Source: a virus. Taken from it: a stretch of DNA of 64,000 bases. The stretch lies in IMG/VR virus record IMGVR_UViG_3300026488_000010. The stretch is one strand, 5' to 3'. The notes under the pieces are model-generated. The model searched no databases and had not been told where the DNA came from. It saw only the letters and a program-made list of their open reading frames with translations. Shown one piece after another: positions 12,201-20,774 of the stretch (positions within the stretch are counted from its first letter, which is position 1; every line of letters begins with the position of its first letter). The position numbers and the translations under genes were made by a program.

Positions 12201-13259
12201 GTTTGCTGACCCTTGTTCCAATCCTCCAAAAATCTTTTGAAATAATCCACGCTTAGTTAACCCGGATGTTACAACCTGATCTGAACCGTCTGATCCAAAT
12301 AATTCATCTAGTAAATTTTGAGCAGTGTTTCCACCCTCTTTTTCTTTTCTAGATACTTCATTAAGTTGCTCTGCAGCCATTAATGGTAACACTGCAGTAT
12401 TTGTTTCAATTGCAGTCATAATATTTGCAAGTAAAGCTTCAGCTGGAGATAATTGCCCTAGTGATTGCATTACTAATATGCGCTGGCCAAATATAGATGC
12501 CATACCATATTGTTCTTTTAATTCACCAGCACCTAACGGTTTTGTTATCGTCCATTTGCGATCCATTTGATTCTTAGTGCTACTATCATTATTGAATACT
12601 TCAAAAAGTTTTTTACCACCTTTCTGCATAGCCATCATTGTCATCATACCAGCAACAACTGGGTTCATCCCAGCCATTGCTGTTGTAATTCCCGAGCCTG
12701 CTCCCATCATTCCAGCCATAGATGCAGCTGCACCTGTAGCTGCCCCACCTAATCCACCAACTCCACCAGCCATAGTACTGGCTAATCCACCTGTACCCAT
12801 ACCCATAGATGTTAGTGCTCCTGGATCGAAGCCTCCAAGCAATGAAAGGGCTGAACCTTTCATTGCTGCTGATTTTAAATTAGCTGCCGTATTGGCGGCT
12901 GATGCTCTCACATCACCCATTCCAGTACCATGACCAGACTCTTGCATCTGACGTCTAAACATTGCTTCATTAAGTTTTTGATTAGTTTGTTTAGCTGAAG
13001 GAGCAGCTCCAAAGGCAACCATTCCACCTGAACCATATGTAATCATATCATTGATTGCATCTGAGCCTAAGCCAAGTGATTCCCCACCACCCATCACACC
13101 TGTAAGTTTTGTTGCCATTGAGGCCATACGAAGTTTTTTAGTTAGTGGATTATTCAATGCTTGATTCAATCCGCTAGTGTTTCCGAACTTTGCTGCTGAG
13201 TCTAATGTCCCACCAAATCGGTCACGTAACATTGATTGTATATAATCTTGTGTTGCCAT
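9246..13259 (-). CDS. Tape-measure-like tail protein with C-terminal M15 (VanY-like) Zn peptidase
   Basis: Long Gly/Ala/Met-rich helical protein; SAFRSFAEQ...ARPGNSMHNYGLAVDI...EGWHIE gives the SxHxxGxAxD and ExWH motifs of M15. Confidence 0.75.
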   Translation of the reverse strand: MATQDYIQSMLRDRFGGTLDSAAKFGNTSGLNQALNNPLTKKLRMASMATKLTGVMGGGESLGLGSDAINDMITYGSGGMVAFGAAPSAKQTNQKLNEAMFRRQMQESGHGTGMGDVRASAANTAANLKSAAMKGSALSLLGGFDPGALTSMGMGTGGLASTMAGGVGGLGGAATGAAASMAGMMGAGSGITTAMAGMNPVVAGMMTMMAMQKGGKKLFEVFNNDSSTKNQMDRKWTITKPLGAGELKEQYGMASIFGQRILVMQSLGQLSPAEALLANIMTAIETNTAVLPLMAAEQLNEVSRKEKEGGNTAQNLLDELFGSDGSDQVVTSGLTKRGLFQKIFGGLEQGSANLNAIMDLGGQFSNLLDGKSSVALYNEANDRTKLEDPLAAEKKYSETMGVSLSHTQVLNQSAAQLIAGVDSYDAKMLAMLGGIFTTTQLSGSELLKIRKDGFGITHGSSHGYLAELRAEEEEKQAMDYSFYNDWLRGMDEMVGYLPGVASISNAFKAASRAESWLGDMIKGEAIRDEYTGEITGRKEKRTMGKVFSDWISEDAKNKTLNSESELRAAVGAVELGPAELMQNYLGKAYPDRFELLLKYNRHQMESLAAMVGPIARTEGETLTLNRYDGVFGNKAYHDKKDQSIADKIEDQMMNLNPVMGRFSQWFIDKNEDEILGDQIDEAVKKNPFLQTVLEQGIDSESDGSTASRYQSKTSVQDGQNVQKEEDRREHQMSNSDKQILLLEDIRDCVCCSGPGCGSGKKRSYSKGAAGAAGAAGASMFGDVDYTGMPGMNLETASKNSKTPTTKTTKAPKASLMKKVSHFFTKGGWKKLFSIENLKKGGKGLWLGMSTLIRMIPFLGPVFANPYVLGATAVAVGAYAVYEYSQDIFDWITNKSDVEKGEDNHLESQDKKFGHRLERVETMARTAGMNTKKLVQILSNKGVYPDSTLIGMAELNETDGILQEAIAIVLKERKLHPDYVDVATVLTATGYEDGGEKVFSNLSLKGKKQAYRDAQNNWGHDNGDATIMKDWKKQIDSETRKLETSQLKPRKMGEQMHGALDGATDIDSYSITDMFILDNMKINTDDLDPTVLYNLKAMGWEYYQKHGKKMHLNSAFRSFAEQDRLFKTMKPGMAARPGNSMHNYGLAVDIDSADIDSAKNDGLMKKYGFHTPVKGEGWHIEPTGIDRKGIRTKGVANFKDSQRKPKHVLTQKEKERDEAIIAKNLKESKAKKVIAARLSANDRMTKAMAESDGVLTSNEMQAIKHNLINIAKSTNNKEQLEQIKMQTQQLDLLIKAVMQGTAINANNKTGISINRITAEDGESTLAAILKIKPVSQNF

Positions 13260-13279
13260 GAACTCTCCTTTTATTTTAG

Positions 13280-13287
13280 TATTTGTT
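13280..13287 (-). promoter_or_regulatory. AACAAAT(A/T) motif, candidate phage-RNAP promoter core (example site)
   Basis: Same motif shortly upstream of starts at 4592, 22661, 27889, 33659, 42531, 42547, 45525, 48738, 55117, 61409. Confidence 0.4.
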
Positions 13288-13304
13288 CATTCCGTGGATC
13301 GAAG

Positions 13305-13341
13305 GACAAGAAATTTAATAGGGCTACAACCCTATTAAATA
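13305..13341 (-). terminator. Hairpin + TTCTTGT signal after terminase
   Basis: 11-bp stem ATTTAATAGGG/CCCTATTAAAT followed by TTCTTGTC. Confidence 0.6.
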
Positions 13342-15336
13342 ATCTCCTATATCTAATTCTTCAGTCTTTTTCTTTTTATCAGATTGAAATATAAATCCAG
13401 AATCATTAATATCTTGATCCATCCATGATTTATCGTGAGATGTATTAGATCCTGTCCCTATTGACAAATCAATAAAATCCATCATTCTAGAAGGAGTCAA
13501 TGCAAATGCCTGTATTTCACCCTCGATTGATAAATCGCCTGATTTAATCATAAGTTTTCTAACATATAAACAAAAGTTAAAAGCCATTGTAACATCATCA
13601 TGTTGTCCACGCATCGCTTCTATTCTACCATTAACCTTTTGCTCCAAGTTTCTAAGTTCATCTATTAACTCATCAGAGTGAAATAATTCTGGATGAGCAT
13701 TAACTTGATTCATAAGTTCTGAGAACATTTGATCACGTTTACCTGCTCCCATCTTACCCGCATTTGATGTATATAAACCATATACAAATTCACCAGTAGG
13801 CATACCTTTCGCAGTCTTAATTTCTTCTTGCCAAACATATGACTCATAATCAAAATCATCAATTAAGGGGTCATTATAAATCAATTCTTCTACAGTTTCT
13901 TTACCGATCGAGTTACGCTCAATGATTACTCTGAGGAACTCTTCATCGATGTTATAGAGCATGTTAAGCGCCTTTATAGCAGCTTTAACAACTGATGCTA
14001 ATCTTTTAACGATACTGAACTTACCTTTCCATACACCAACCTCTTGACCAGAAGATGCATGAATTAAAGACATTGCTGAATAATCCGAATTGACACCAGC
14101 AGACATTGCTGTATCTACACCTAAGAAATATAATTCATTCGGTAATAGTTTACTAAATAACTGCATTTCTTGACCAAACGGTAATTGTAGAGTTTCCCAA
14201 GCTTTTTTTGGGATCAGTTTTGAAATAATATCATCATTAAAAATACTTGTAGAGCTTCCTAAAAATACTAGATCCAGCTCTTGATTGATCTTACGTTGGT
14301 TAAAGTTAAGTTCTTTACATTGCTTATTATACCATGCTTGATCACGATGGGTATTATTCCATAAAATTTTCATACTAATAAAAGCATTCTTTTCAGGGTC
14401 TTCCATAACCTTTTCATAACCGTCATATAATGTTTTAGTTTCATAATCATATATATCATCAAACTTAACAGATCTTTGTAAAATATTATAGAACCAGTTT
14501 CCACCTGCACCATTAGGTGTTGATACCGCGATCATACATGTTGGATAACCATTTTGTTTTGCAAATATTTTTGCAGTCGATATAGATGGTTGCATAGCAC
14601 TATAAACTATATCCATATGTTTAATAAAGGCTGCTTCATCTAGAATAATGATTGATCCTGAAAGACCACGACCTAGAGTATCAGGATCAATAGAACCACT
14701 AACAAACATTGTATCAAACATTGATTTATTTTCTAAGTGAAAGAATGTTGTACGTTCAGCTTTACCTTTCATAGGAACTTGCATCCACTTTGGAAGTTTT
14801 GACATCATTTCTTTTAAACGAGATACTGCATCCTTACCACGATTACTATCTAGTGTAAGGAATGCTATCTTGATTCCAGGAAAGAAAATCATACAATGTA
14901 ATGCATATAATAATGCTAAAGTTGTTTTACCAATTTGTCGAGAACTAATAAAACTAACATTATCTTGTAACTCAAATAATTTAAACAATAGTCTAAATTT
15001 ATTTGTACTCTGCCATTGCTCTGATGAACCCATATGAATGAATCCACCTGTTACTGGAGTATATGCAAATTTTTCTACCCAATACAATGGTGACATTTTA
15101 CACTTCATCCATTCAATCATCTGTTCATTTGCAGACATTTCATTATTATAATAATCTTCACCTAAGTATTCTGGAACCTTGATGCGAGGAGTTTTTACTA
15201 ACTCAGCTTTTACTAAATTATCTGCTTCCTTGATTATCTCTTTAACTGATTCAGGTGTATCCTTAACGGTAACATCTTTCTCTTCAACAGTATATTGTTC
15301 TCCTGAAAATTGCGGCTTTGTTATAGACCAACTCAT
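13324..15336 (-). CDS. terL: Terminase large subunit, T4 gp17-like
   Basis: Walker A SRQIGKTT, Walker B IIILDEAAF, motif VSTPNG, nuclease LGVDTA and C-terminal HDDVTMA. Confidence 0.92.
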   Translation of the reverse strand: MSWSITKPQFSGEQYTVEEKDVTVKDTPESVKEIIKEADNLVKAELVKTPRIKVPEYLGEDYYNNEMSANEQMIEWMKCKMSPLYWVEKFAYTPVTGGFIHMGSSEQWQSTNKFRLLFKLFELQDNVSFISSRQIGKTTLALLYALHCMIFFPGIKIAFLTLDSNRGKDAVSRLKEMMSKLPKWMQVPMKGKAERTTFFHLENKSMFDTMFVSGSIDPDTLGRGLSGSIIILDEAAFIKHMDIVYSAMQPSISTAKIFAKQNGYPTCMIAVSTPNGAGGNWFYNILQRSVKFDDIYDYETKTLYDGYEKVMEDPEKNAFISMKILWNNTHRDQAWYNKQCKELNFNQRKINQELDLVFLGSSTSIFNDDIISKLIPKKAWETLQLPFGQEMQLFSKLLPNELYFLGVDTAMSAGVNSDYSAMSLIHASSGQEVGVWKGKFSIVKRLASVVKAAIKALNMLYNIDEEFLRVIIERNSIGKETVEELIYNDPLIDDFDYESYVWQEEIKTAKGMPTGEFVYGLYTSNAGKMGAGKRDQMFSELMNQVNAHPELFHSDELIDELRNLEQKVNGRIEAMRGQHDDVTMAFNFCLYVRKLMIKSGDLSIEGEIQAFALTPSRMMDFIDLSIGTGSNTSHDKSWMDQDINDSGFIFQSDKKKKTEELDIGDYLIGL

Positions 15337-15375
15337 ATTATATTCCTTAATAAATTATTTTTTTGTTTTTGATAA

Positions 15376-15530
15376 AACTATCTTTAAAGATCGTTTCGAA
15401 GTTAGTATAGAAATTAATTTAATTTATTTCTATACTAACTAAAACGATCTTTAAAGATAGAAAAATATGCCAAGAAAACGATCTTTAAAGATAGAAATGT
15501 TTTTACCAAAACGATCTTTAAAGATAGAAA
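15376..15530. repeat. Cluster of four ATCTTTAAAGAT palindromes plus a 41-bp hairpin upstream of terminase
   Basis: Palindromes near 15376, 15441, 15475, 15508; hairpin 15400-15440. Confidence 0.9.
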
Positions 15531-15541
15531 TTACTTCTTGC

Positions 15542-15799
15542 TTAACTTCTTGATTGTTCTTGAGCTTTCTGTAACTCCGTTTTTACGACTCCACCTACAT
15601 TTTGTTGTAAATGATTAGATAAGTGATTATGTGCCGAATTTGCAGACTCTTTTCTAAAGCCACTCATAGCGTTAAATGTTGTGTCTGCTGTTTCGTTATT
15701 ATTATCTGAGCCTTGAAGGAACGCTGTTTTTTGTTGAGCCAATGGATCAGCACTTTCAAAGAGACCCAAAATAGGTCCCTTATCTATTAAATATTTCAT
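15542..15799 (-). CDS. Small protein with leader MKYLIDKGPILGLFES (putative head-internal family)
   Basis: Start re-called to ATG 15799 after AAGGA RBS; leader resembles MIYTIDKSALLEE of 45563..46099. Confidence 0.5.
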   Translation of the reverse strand: MKYLIDKGPILGLFESADPLAQQKTAFLQGSDNNNETADTTFNAMSGFRKESANSAHNHLSNHLQQNVGGVVKTELQKAQEQSRS

Positions 15800-15809
15800 A
15801 ATATAATCC

Positions 15810-16814
15810 TTATGCTTTAACAACTAAATCTTTTTTAAAGTTTAAGATAAGTTGTTCTAAACGCTCTTGATCATCTCTAGAGATATTAGGTGCATCAAAT
15901 AAACTTGATTTATAATTAGCACTAATGATATAAGCTATCATCTCATCAAATGTTCCATTCATTGCTGCTTTAGAACCTTCACCAACCAATGTTGTGAATT
16001 CAGTCATAAATGCAGACTCTGTAATATTACATACACCTGCTTTTGTTAATAGTGTTGCAGCATTTCTAAAATCTTTATAATCATTTGGTTTAATCTCTTG
16101 AAGAAATTTAATCTCTTCTGCGCCATATAAACGGCTTAGTTTTGCTAATACCGTTTGTGCTGATTGTTCTGTGAAGTTACGAGCAAAGATATAATCCAAA
16201 ACAATATCCATTTTCTGCTTATTTTCACCCTCAACTTTAACATGAGCTTTTGATAATATTTTTATAACAATAGCTTTAAAAACTGCGTATGCGCTTTCAA
16301 AAATCTTGTTCTTACCATTACCTTTTAGACCAATACTTGCTAATACATTTACAAATAAATAATAATAAACATCAACTAAAGCAAAATAATCAATACTTTC
16401 TATTAAATCATCAAACATGTCAGCAATTGACTTATCCAAGGTTTTAAGTTGTATTGCTGATGTATCAGTAATTGTTGACTTAACTCTTGATAACTCTTTG
16501 TTAGCTTTTTCAATATCTTTTACTTTTTTAGACATATCTTGTAAATCAGCTTTATCAACAACTTGACTAATATCTGCTGCTAATCCTGATAATTTATTAC
16601 CAGATAAGTATGGTGCACCGTACTGAACAGTTTTTGTTTTAGATATATCAGTTATACCATATCCAATATATAATGCTTCTTGAGCAATTAATTTATGAAT
16701 AGCTTTTGTTTTATGGCTTGAGCCAATCTTTTGTAACACTATTGAAATCTTTTTTAGAAATTTCTTCTGAACCTCAGGGTTTTGTTTTAAATTTATTTTA
16801 TTAATTGTTACCAT
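15810..16814 (-). CDS. Hypothetical alpha-helical protein
   Basis: 334-aa ORF with AAGGA RBS; no motif recognised. Confidence 0.65.
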   Translation of the reverse strand: MVTINKINLKQNPEVQKKFLKKISIVLQKIGSSHKTKAIHKLIAQEALYIGYGITDISKTKTVQYGAPYLSGNKLSGLAADISQVVDKADLQDMSKKVKDIEKANKELSRVKSTITDTSAIQLKTLDKSIADMFDDLIESIDYFALVDVYYYLFVNVLASIGLKGNGKNKIFESAYAVFKAIVIKILSKAHVKVEGENKQKMDIVLDYIFARNFTEQSAQTVLAKLSRLYGAEEIKFLQEIKPNDYKDFRNAATLLTKAGVCNITESAFMTEFTTLVGEGSKAAMNGTFDEMIAYIISANYKSSLFDAPNISRDDQERLEQLILNFKKDLVVKA

Positions 16815-16892
16815 TTACGATCCTTTAAATTTTATATCAACACAATGCTTATTGCACAGGTAACGTGTCAATATTATAAGAATTATTCTTAT

Positions 16893-17210
16893 TTATATTT
16901 GAAATACTTTTTGAATTACTTCTGATTTTAACATCTTGATTTGATTATTATATTCAGATGGTACAAATTGAAAAAGTGTTCCTATATTGTTAGCGGCTAA
17001 TATTAATGGGTAATAAGATTCGTGTCCATAATATTGTTTTGCAACTCTCTCTGGGCGATATTTATAAGTGTCTGGGACATATATAACTACTAGATTTTTT
17101 GGATCTTGTATATAATGTATTTTATCATTTATAAGATTACCTAGTATTTGAGGCTCAAGGTACTGGTCAAGGATAGTTGTATCCATATTTTTATTGTATA
17201 ATAAATCCAT
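16893..17210 (-). CDS. Baseplate wedge protein, T4 gp53-like (LysM-like)
   Basis: YKYRPERVAKQYYGHESYYPLILAANNI matches gp53 RPD-x-(I/V)-A-x-x-x-YG...W-x-IL-x-x-N. Confidence 0.7.
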   Translation of the reverse strand: MDLLYNKNMDTTILDQYLEPQILGNLINDKIHYIQDPKNLVVIYVPDTYKYRPERVAKQYYGHESYYPLILAANNIGTLFQFVPSEYNNQIKMLKSEVIQKVFQI

Positions 17211-17222
17211 TATATACCTCCA

Positions 17223-17885
17223 TTATCTTCTATTGTTTTTGATAAAATTAATACCTCTACTTTTAAGACCATTACCAACAAACTGTTTATTGTCTAGTTT
17301 TAAGGCTATTTCACCTGCCCCTAGTTTAGGAACAGTTCCCATTCTACTAGGATTATATTGTTTAATTTTTCCAGCATTTCTTAACGCGACACCTAAACCA
17401 GACTTATCTTGATTTGGAGTATTCTTTTGAATTTCACTAAAGCTTCTTAAATCCGAAGATTCATTAAAACCTGTCAATCCTGAAGCATGTTTTGCTTGGT
17501 TATTTTCAACAGTTCTTGGGCCTTCTTCTTTATTGGTAATACCTTCTTTTGCAAGTTTAGATTGTTTACCAAAAGATTTTTTAGATATACCCTTTGTTAT
17601 AGAAGCAGACGCAGATGCAAAAGGTTCACCTTTTATATATGCGTCTCGTTTTCTTATTATTGATTCTTCAAAATTTTGAAATTGTTGTTCTTGATCTTTA
17701 ATCTTTTCAACATTATCTGCACCTAGTTCATCTTTAGCTGCTTCCATTTTTTCTAATTCGACTTCTGTTTTCTGTTTACGATATTCACCGACATTTTTTA
17801 ATTTGCCAAGTACTTGTTGAATATCTCCTCGGACAGCATCCATTATTTCACTTTCGATAATATATTGTTTAATTTGTATCTTCAT
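17223..17885 (-). CDS. Hypothetical protein with leader MKIQIKQYIIESE (putative head-internal family)
   Basis: Start re-called to ATG 17885 after AGGAGG RBS. Confidence 0.55.
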   Translation of the reverse strand: MKIQIKQYIIESEIMDAVRGDIQQVLGKLKNVGEYRKQKTEVELEKMEAAKDELGADNVEKIKDQEQQFQNFEESIIRKRDAYIKGEPFASASASITKGISKKSFGKQSKLAKEGITNKEEGPRTVENNQAKHASGLTGFNESSDLRSFSEIQKNTPNQDKSGLGVALRNAGKIKQYNPSRMGTVPKLGAGEIALKLDNKQFVGNGLKSRGINFIKNNRR

Positions 17886-17886
17886 A

Positions 17887-18150
17887 TTATCCTCCTGTTG
17901 GACATATAAGTTCTCCGGTTGTCTCTGCAAATATAACTGCTTTCTGACCAAATCTTCTTTTTGATTTTCGTTGTATTTTAATTAAATCACCATCTTCTGT
18001 TTGATCATCATGAATTATTTTAGTGCCCTCAGCTGTAAATATTTTTACACTCTTTTTATTAACAGGTGCGCCTGATTGTGGAAAATATCCACATACAACA
18101 TATCCTTGAGAACTATATAATGTTTTTAAAAAGTCATCTGATGCACTCAT
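17887..18150 (-). CDS. Hypothetical protein
   Basis: 87-aa ORF, AAGGA RBS, abuts neighbours. Confidence 0.55.
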   Translation of the reverse strand: MSASDDFLKTLYSSQGYVVCGYFPQSGAPVNKKSVKIFTAEGTKIIHDDQTEDGDLIKIQRKSKRRFGQKAVIFAETTGELICPTGG

Positions 18151-18152
18151 TA

Positions 18153-18479
18153 TTAATCCTTTTGTTTTTTTGATTTTTTTAAATAATCTTTTCTAAGGTC
18201 CAATAATAATATATAATTTCGCATAGACCATAATTTAAATCTCTGATAGTTATCAATCATTATCAATCCAGAATCCATATCAATTAAATAATATTTTTTA
18301 TTATCAATTTCAACAACTGCTGCTTGATATGGTATAAACTCTGGCTTTTGTTGAACTTTTGGGATAGGTGTATGGACGTGATTAATTTCTTTTTTAATAA
18401 TAATTTCTTTTTCAGCACAAGCACTTAGAAACATGACCATGAATAGGCTAGTGCCCAATATTAAGAATAGCTTCTTCAT
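18153..18479 (-). CDS. Lipoprotein, probable o-spanin (Rz1-like)
   Basis: Signal peptide with lipobox LSA-C; Pro-rich segment; starts inside the 3' end of the upstream TM/coiled-coil gene. Confidence 0.65.
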   Translation of the reverse strand: MKKLFLILGTSLFMVMFLSACAEKEIIIKKEINHVHTPIPKVQQKPEFIPYQAAVVEIDNKKYYLIDMDSGLIMIDNYQRFKLWSMRNYILLLDLRKDYLKKSKKQKD

Positions 18480-18888
18480 TATCTGTCTCCATAATTTCTT
18501 TTATTTTTATTGAACAATCTTTTAAAATTATTTTATCTTTAAATACTACTTTACGATGCATTCTCAATTTTTTAATTGTTAAAATTAATGATTGTATTTG
18601 ATTATCTCTCGATTCAACATTACTTGAATAATAACCTTCTAGAGCAGTTATTGAATCAGAGTATGATTCTAATTCAATAACATTCTGAGCATTTGTTTTT
18701 TTAAATTCTTTAATATCTTTTACCAACTGGACATTTGTAGATGTTAGTTTTAAATTCTTTGATGTTAAATCATTAATAGTATACTGTAGCATATTAATCT
18801 TATAGAAGACGATTATAGCTGCGATCGTCAAACCAGCAGCTAGTACTACATATTTATTAGTTAATGCTTTATATAGCATTGTATACAT
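18448..18888 (-). CDS. Probable i-spanin (Rz-like)
   Basis: N-terminal TM helix YVVLAAGLTIAAIIVFY then coiled coil; overlaps lipoprotein gene; start re-called to 18888 (GGAGG RBS). Confidence 0.6.
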   Translation of the reverse strand: MYTMLYKALTNKYVVLAAGLTIAAIIVFYKINMLQYTINDLTSKNLKLTSTNVQLVKDIKEFKKTNAQNVIELESYSDSITALEGYYSSNVESRDNQIQSLILTIKKLRMHRKVVFKDKIILKDCSIKIKEIMETDNEEAILNIGH

Positions 18889-20297
18889 TATATTAACCTC
18901 CACTCAGTTCCAGTGAATATTAATTTATGTTCACCTGATGTACTTAGAACTGATGTTGCTGAACCATTGATATTATTTGCACCATCTAAGGTTACATTAT
19001 TAACTGTAAAATCACCTATTGATAATATAGTTATAGTAGCATATTTTTTAGGACTTGGTAACGTCAATGTAATTGCTGAAGTATTATCAACTAAGTAGTA
19101 CATATCAGCATTCAATGTTGATGTATCAGTAATTGTTGCATGTGTAGCTGTTTTTGGTTCAAAAACTTTTTGAGTATCAATACTAACATTAAAACCCGTT
19201 CCAGGTTTAGCAGTTAAACTTAATGTTGAACCATCGTCTAATACAGCAACTGCTGTACCAGCACCATTACTGATAGTTAATGAATCTTGTAATGCTGATG
19301 ATAGTGTTTCATCTAATTTGACTCGAGGTGTTCGAATATTTGAAGTACCACCTGCTGATCCAAAAGAATAACCATTTCCACCTACTGATGTCATTCCAAA
19401 AATATATCCAGCTATCCAAACATATTCAGCTAAATCATCAATTGTATATATATCATCAAGTAATGCAAAATTTGGAGTGCCTGCAGGCGACTCAGGATAT
19501 ACAGCAACTGCATGTAATGGATAATTGTTCGGGTTCCTATTTATAATATTATTTAATCGTTCCACAAAATCCCAATTTGATGACATACCGTTTGAATCAA
19601 TTCCAAAATTCTCAACTAAGAATGCATCATCAGCATTTCTAGGAAGTGTCGTATTATTTGGATTATATGTTGTAAAATTTGAACGTCTCCAATCATCAGC
19701 AGCCCATTCAGCCGGTAGATTAGTATCAATATCAATACTAAAATCTTCCCATATCCAAGCATTTGCTATATATTTTAAAGATTTAGAATGTGTATAATTT
19801 GCTAAAGTTACTTGTCTATCTCGAGTAGTTTCATAATCGAATCCAAACTCATCCATAAATATTCCAGTAACTCCTAAAGTATTCCAATCATCAATTGCTG
19901 TCTCTAACGTTGATATTGAACGGTTTTCTGAATTTACACCTAATGGTATGTATCCATATACTTCTACACCCTTAGCTAGTAAACCGCTAATAATTGCAGT
20001 GGTTGAAGCATATTCAGCATGTGCAGGATCTTGATAATAATCTCCACAAACCCATACATCATAATTACTTGCAATTGAATCCACTACTTTTTGAGCATCC
20101 CATAATCCTTCAAATGATATAGGATAACCATAATATATTAATAATGATTTTGGAGATCGATCAACCTTTTTAAATAATTCACTCATTAATGCATTTTCTT
20201 TTTCAAAAAGTTTTCCATCAGATAATATAATCCCATTATCTGGAACATTGACTAAATCTGCTTCATTATCTAGAGTGTATACTAATCTTTTTTTCAT
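18888..20297 (-). CDS. Tail-associated protein with Spherulation-4/GH135-like or GH114-like TIM barrel and C-terminal fibre-type domain
   Basis: VEVYGYIPLG...GVTGIFMDE motif; C-terminal YLVDNTSAITLTLP...KLIFTGTEW fibre-domain pattern. Confidence 0.5.
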   Translation of the reverse strand: MKKRLVYTLDNEADLVNVPDNGIILSDGKLFEKENALMSELFKKVDRSPKSLLIYYGYPISFEGLWDAQKVVDSIASNYDVWVCGDYYQDPAHAEYASTTAIISGLLAKGVEVYGYIPLGVNSENRSISTLETAIDDWNTLGVTGIFMDEFGFDYETTRDRQVTLANYTHSKSLKYIANAWIWEDFSIDIDTNLPAEWAADDWRRSNFTTYNPNNTTLPRNADDAFLVENFGIDSNGMSSNWDFVERLNNIINRNPNNYPLHAVAVYPESPAGTPNFALLDDIYTIDDLAEYVWIAGYIFGMTSVGGNGYSFGSAGGTSNIRTPRVKLDETLSSALQDSLTISNGAGTAVAVLDDGSTLSLTAKPGTGFNVSIDTQKVFEPKTATHATITDTSTLNADMYYLVDNTSAITLTLPSPKKYATITILSIGDFTVNNVTLDGANNINGSATSVLSTSGEHKLIFTGTEWRLI

Positions 20298-20312
20298 GAG
20301 TATTCCTTTGTT

Positions 20313-20672
20313 TTATAATAATCTAAACACAACTTTTTCACCAGCACTTAATGCTGTATCTAAGGTTATAGTTGTTGACGAATCTTCAGTGTACTCATCA
20401 GTTAGTAATTGAACAATACCTTCTACACATACTAATAATTCATGTGAACCAACAACATATGATTTTGAATTAGGTATAGTGATTGTAGTTTCACCTCCCG
20501 ATGCCGTAAACACTTCATTAAATCGTTGTTTAATAACTGCTATACCACCAGCAGTTGAACCATCGCCGATATATAATTTCTTTTCATCAGTTGTATATAT
20601 CAATTCGCCAGATGATGGTGTAATACTTGATCTATCAGCTTCTAAACCTCTGTTGATTTGAATCTTGCTCAT
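20313..20672 (-). CDS. Small Mtd_N-like domain protein
   Basis: KIQINRG...GELIYTTDEKKLYIGDG is the typical Mtd N-terminal/hyaluronidase_N signature. Confidence 0.65.
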   Translation of the reverse strand: MSKIQINRGLEADRSSITPSSGELIYTTDEKKLYIGDGSTAGGIAVIKQRFNEVFTASGGETTITIPNSKSYVVGSHELLVCVEGIVQLLTDEYTEDSSTTITLDTALSAGEKVVFRLL

Positions 20673-20774
20673 ATGTTTTCCTTTTCATTATTTATCTTAT
20701 CTTTAATTATATATTTTGAGTTGAATATATAATTAAAGATAAGCTTTCGCTTATCTTTAAGAATCTAAGAATTA

